Position numbers and translations under genes: made by a program. The notes beneath the pieces were generated by a model that saw only the letters and a program-made list of their open reading frames with translations, was not told the DNA's origin and did not search any database. DNA of 61,065 nucleotides, filler included. It is 6 parts of 6 records of this genome, joined end to end, with 100 filler letters (N's around TTAATTAATTAA, not from the genome) between each part and the next. Parts side by side here need not be neighbours in the genome. Positions count along the whole stretch, not along the records: positions 54,650 to 61,065 come from SRR31147125_14870; 5 more parts are not named here. One strand, given 5' to 3'. The first letter of the stretch is position 1. Every line of letters begins with the position of its first letter. Below are positions 60,677 to 61,065 of the stretch, piece after piece.

Positions 60677-61022
60677 TCGAGCATAGTGTATACATAAAAT
60701 TCAATGCAATCAATGTAATCATATTAATAAGCTTAGAAGTGGTTTATGTAAAAAATGTGGAGCCGGATTAGTGAGATCAGCTTGTCCAGAACGCGCGTCT
60801 AGACAAACAATAGTCGCGAGGAAACAGTTATTAAATAGTACAATGTAATTATGGCTACATAGTCATTATGATAATGTGGACAGAGCTGAATAAAAGAGTA
60901 GATTGAAAAAGATTGTATTTATAGTAAAATGCAATCTACTGAAAAGGAATTGTTAGATAAGGAAAGCTAATGACGGTGTTGAGTTTTTACTGAAGTGTTT
61001 AATTCTATTCACCTCCACAATG

Positions 61023-61054
61023 AAAAAACGCTGTACAAAGGTGCAGTGTTTTTT
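61023..61054. terminator. Hairpin terminator
   Basis: aaaaaacgctgtac-aaag-gtgcagtgtttttt, stem with G-U pairs on the + strand. Confidence 0.7.
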
Positions 61055-61065
61055 ATGTAACGAAA

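Noticed and set aside
1-61065. Functional links across contigs (e.g. T9SS substrates with the gldKLM operon, or the two AKR systems)
   Set aside because: Adjacency is artificial and the contigs may come from different organisms.
1-61065. CRISPR arrays, rRNA, intact tRNA, transposases, integrases, phage or defence genes
   Set aside because: No repeat-spacer periodicity, cloverleaf or recognisable motifs found by eye; a covariance-model scan could still find small RNAs.

Overview
This window is not one locus. It is six unrelated contigs joined by 100-bp artificial linkers (N44-TTAATTAATTAA-N44) at 13693-13792, 25488-25587, 34657-34756, 41640-41739 and 54550-54649. (1) 1-13692 is Bacteroidota-like: ychF, asnB, a divergent module (membrane-tethered HTH-like protein / nucleoside-type MFS / DoxX-oxidoreductase fusion), a T9SS type-B substrate, pcrA/uvrD, DUF4290, murA and a TlpA thioredoxin. 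(2) 13793-25487 is very AT-rich with Firmicutes-style RBSs: MerR(AdhR)-aldo/keto reductase, two TetR modules, a TetM-like GTPase and a four-PBP diguanylate cyclase. (3) 25588-34656 is the end of a Bacteroidota polysaccharide locus (two TupA-like ATP-grasp, two GT4, acyltransferase) followed by a large T9SS type-A substrate. (4) 34757-41639 is Bacteroidota topA-arginase-like-porP-gldK-gldL-gldM. (5) 41740-54549 is a higher-GC housekeeping run: lpdA, E1 fusion, E2, thyX, lipA, thioesterase, def, yceD, rpmF, plsX, fabH, fabD, fabG, acpP. (6) 54650-61065 is a Clostridia-like accessory region: XRE-type HTH divergent from a Ser/Thr kinase-TM-LRR receptor, then lipoprotein, ankyrin and RCC1-like repeat genes. 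Eight frameshifts, all at homopolymer runs and present in every contig, are most likely sequencing errors. The best candidates for undescribed biology are the DoxX-internal twin-arginine-oxidoreductase fusion and its module, the kinase-LRR/HTH/repeat-protein island, a Cys-less AdhR with a textbook operator, a metal-site-degenerate arginase next to the T9SS operon, and an unassigned catalytic-like domain on a CBM32-bearing T9SS protein. All calls come from motif recognition by eye; no searches were run and taxonomic labels are inferences.
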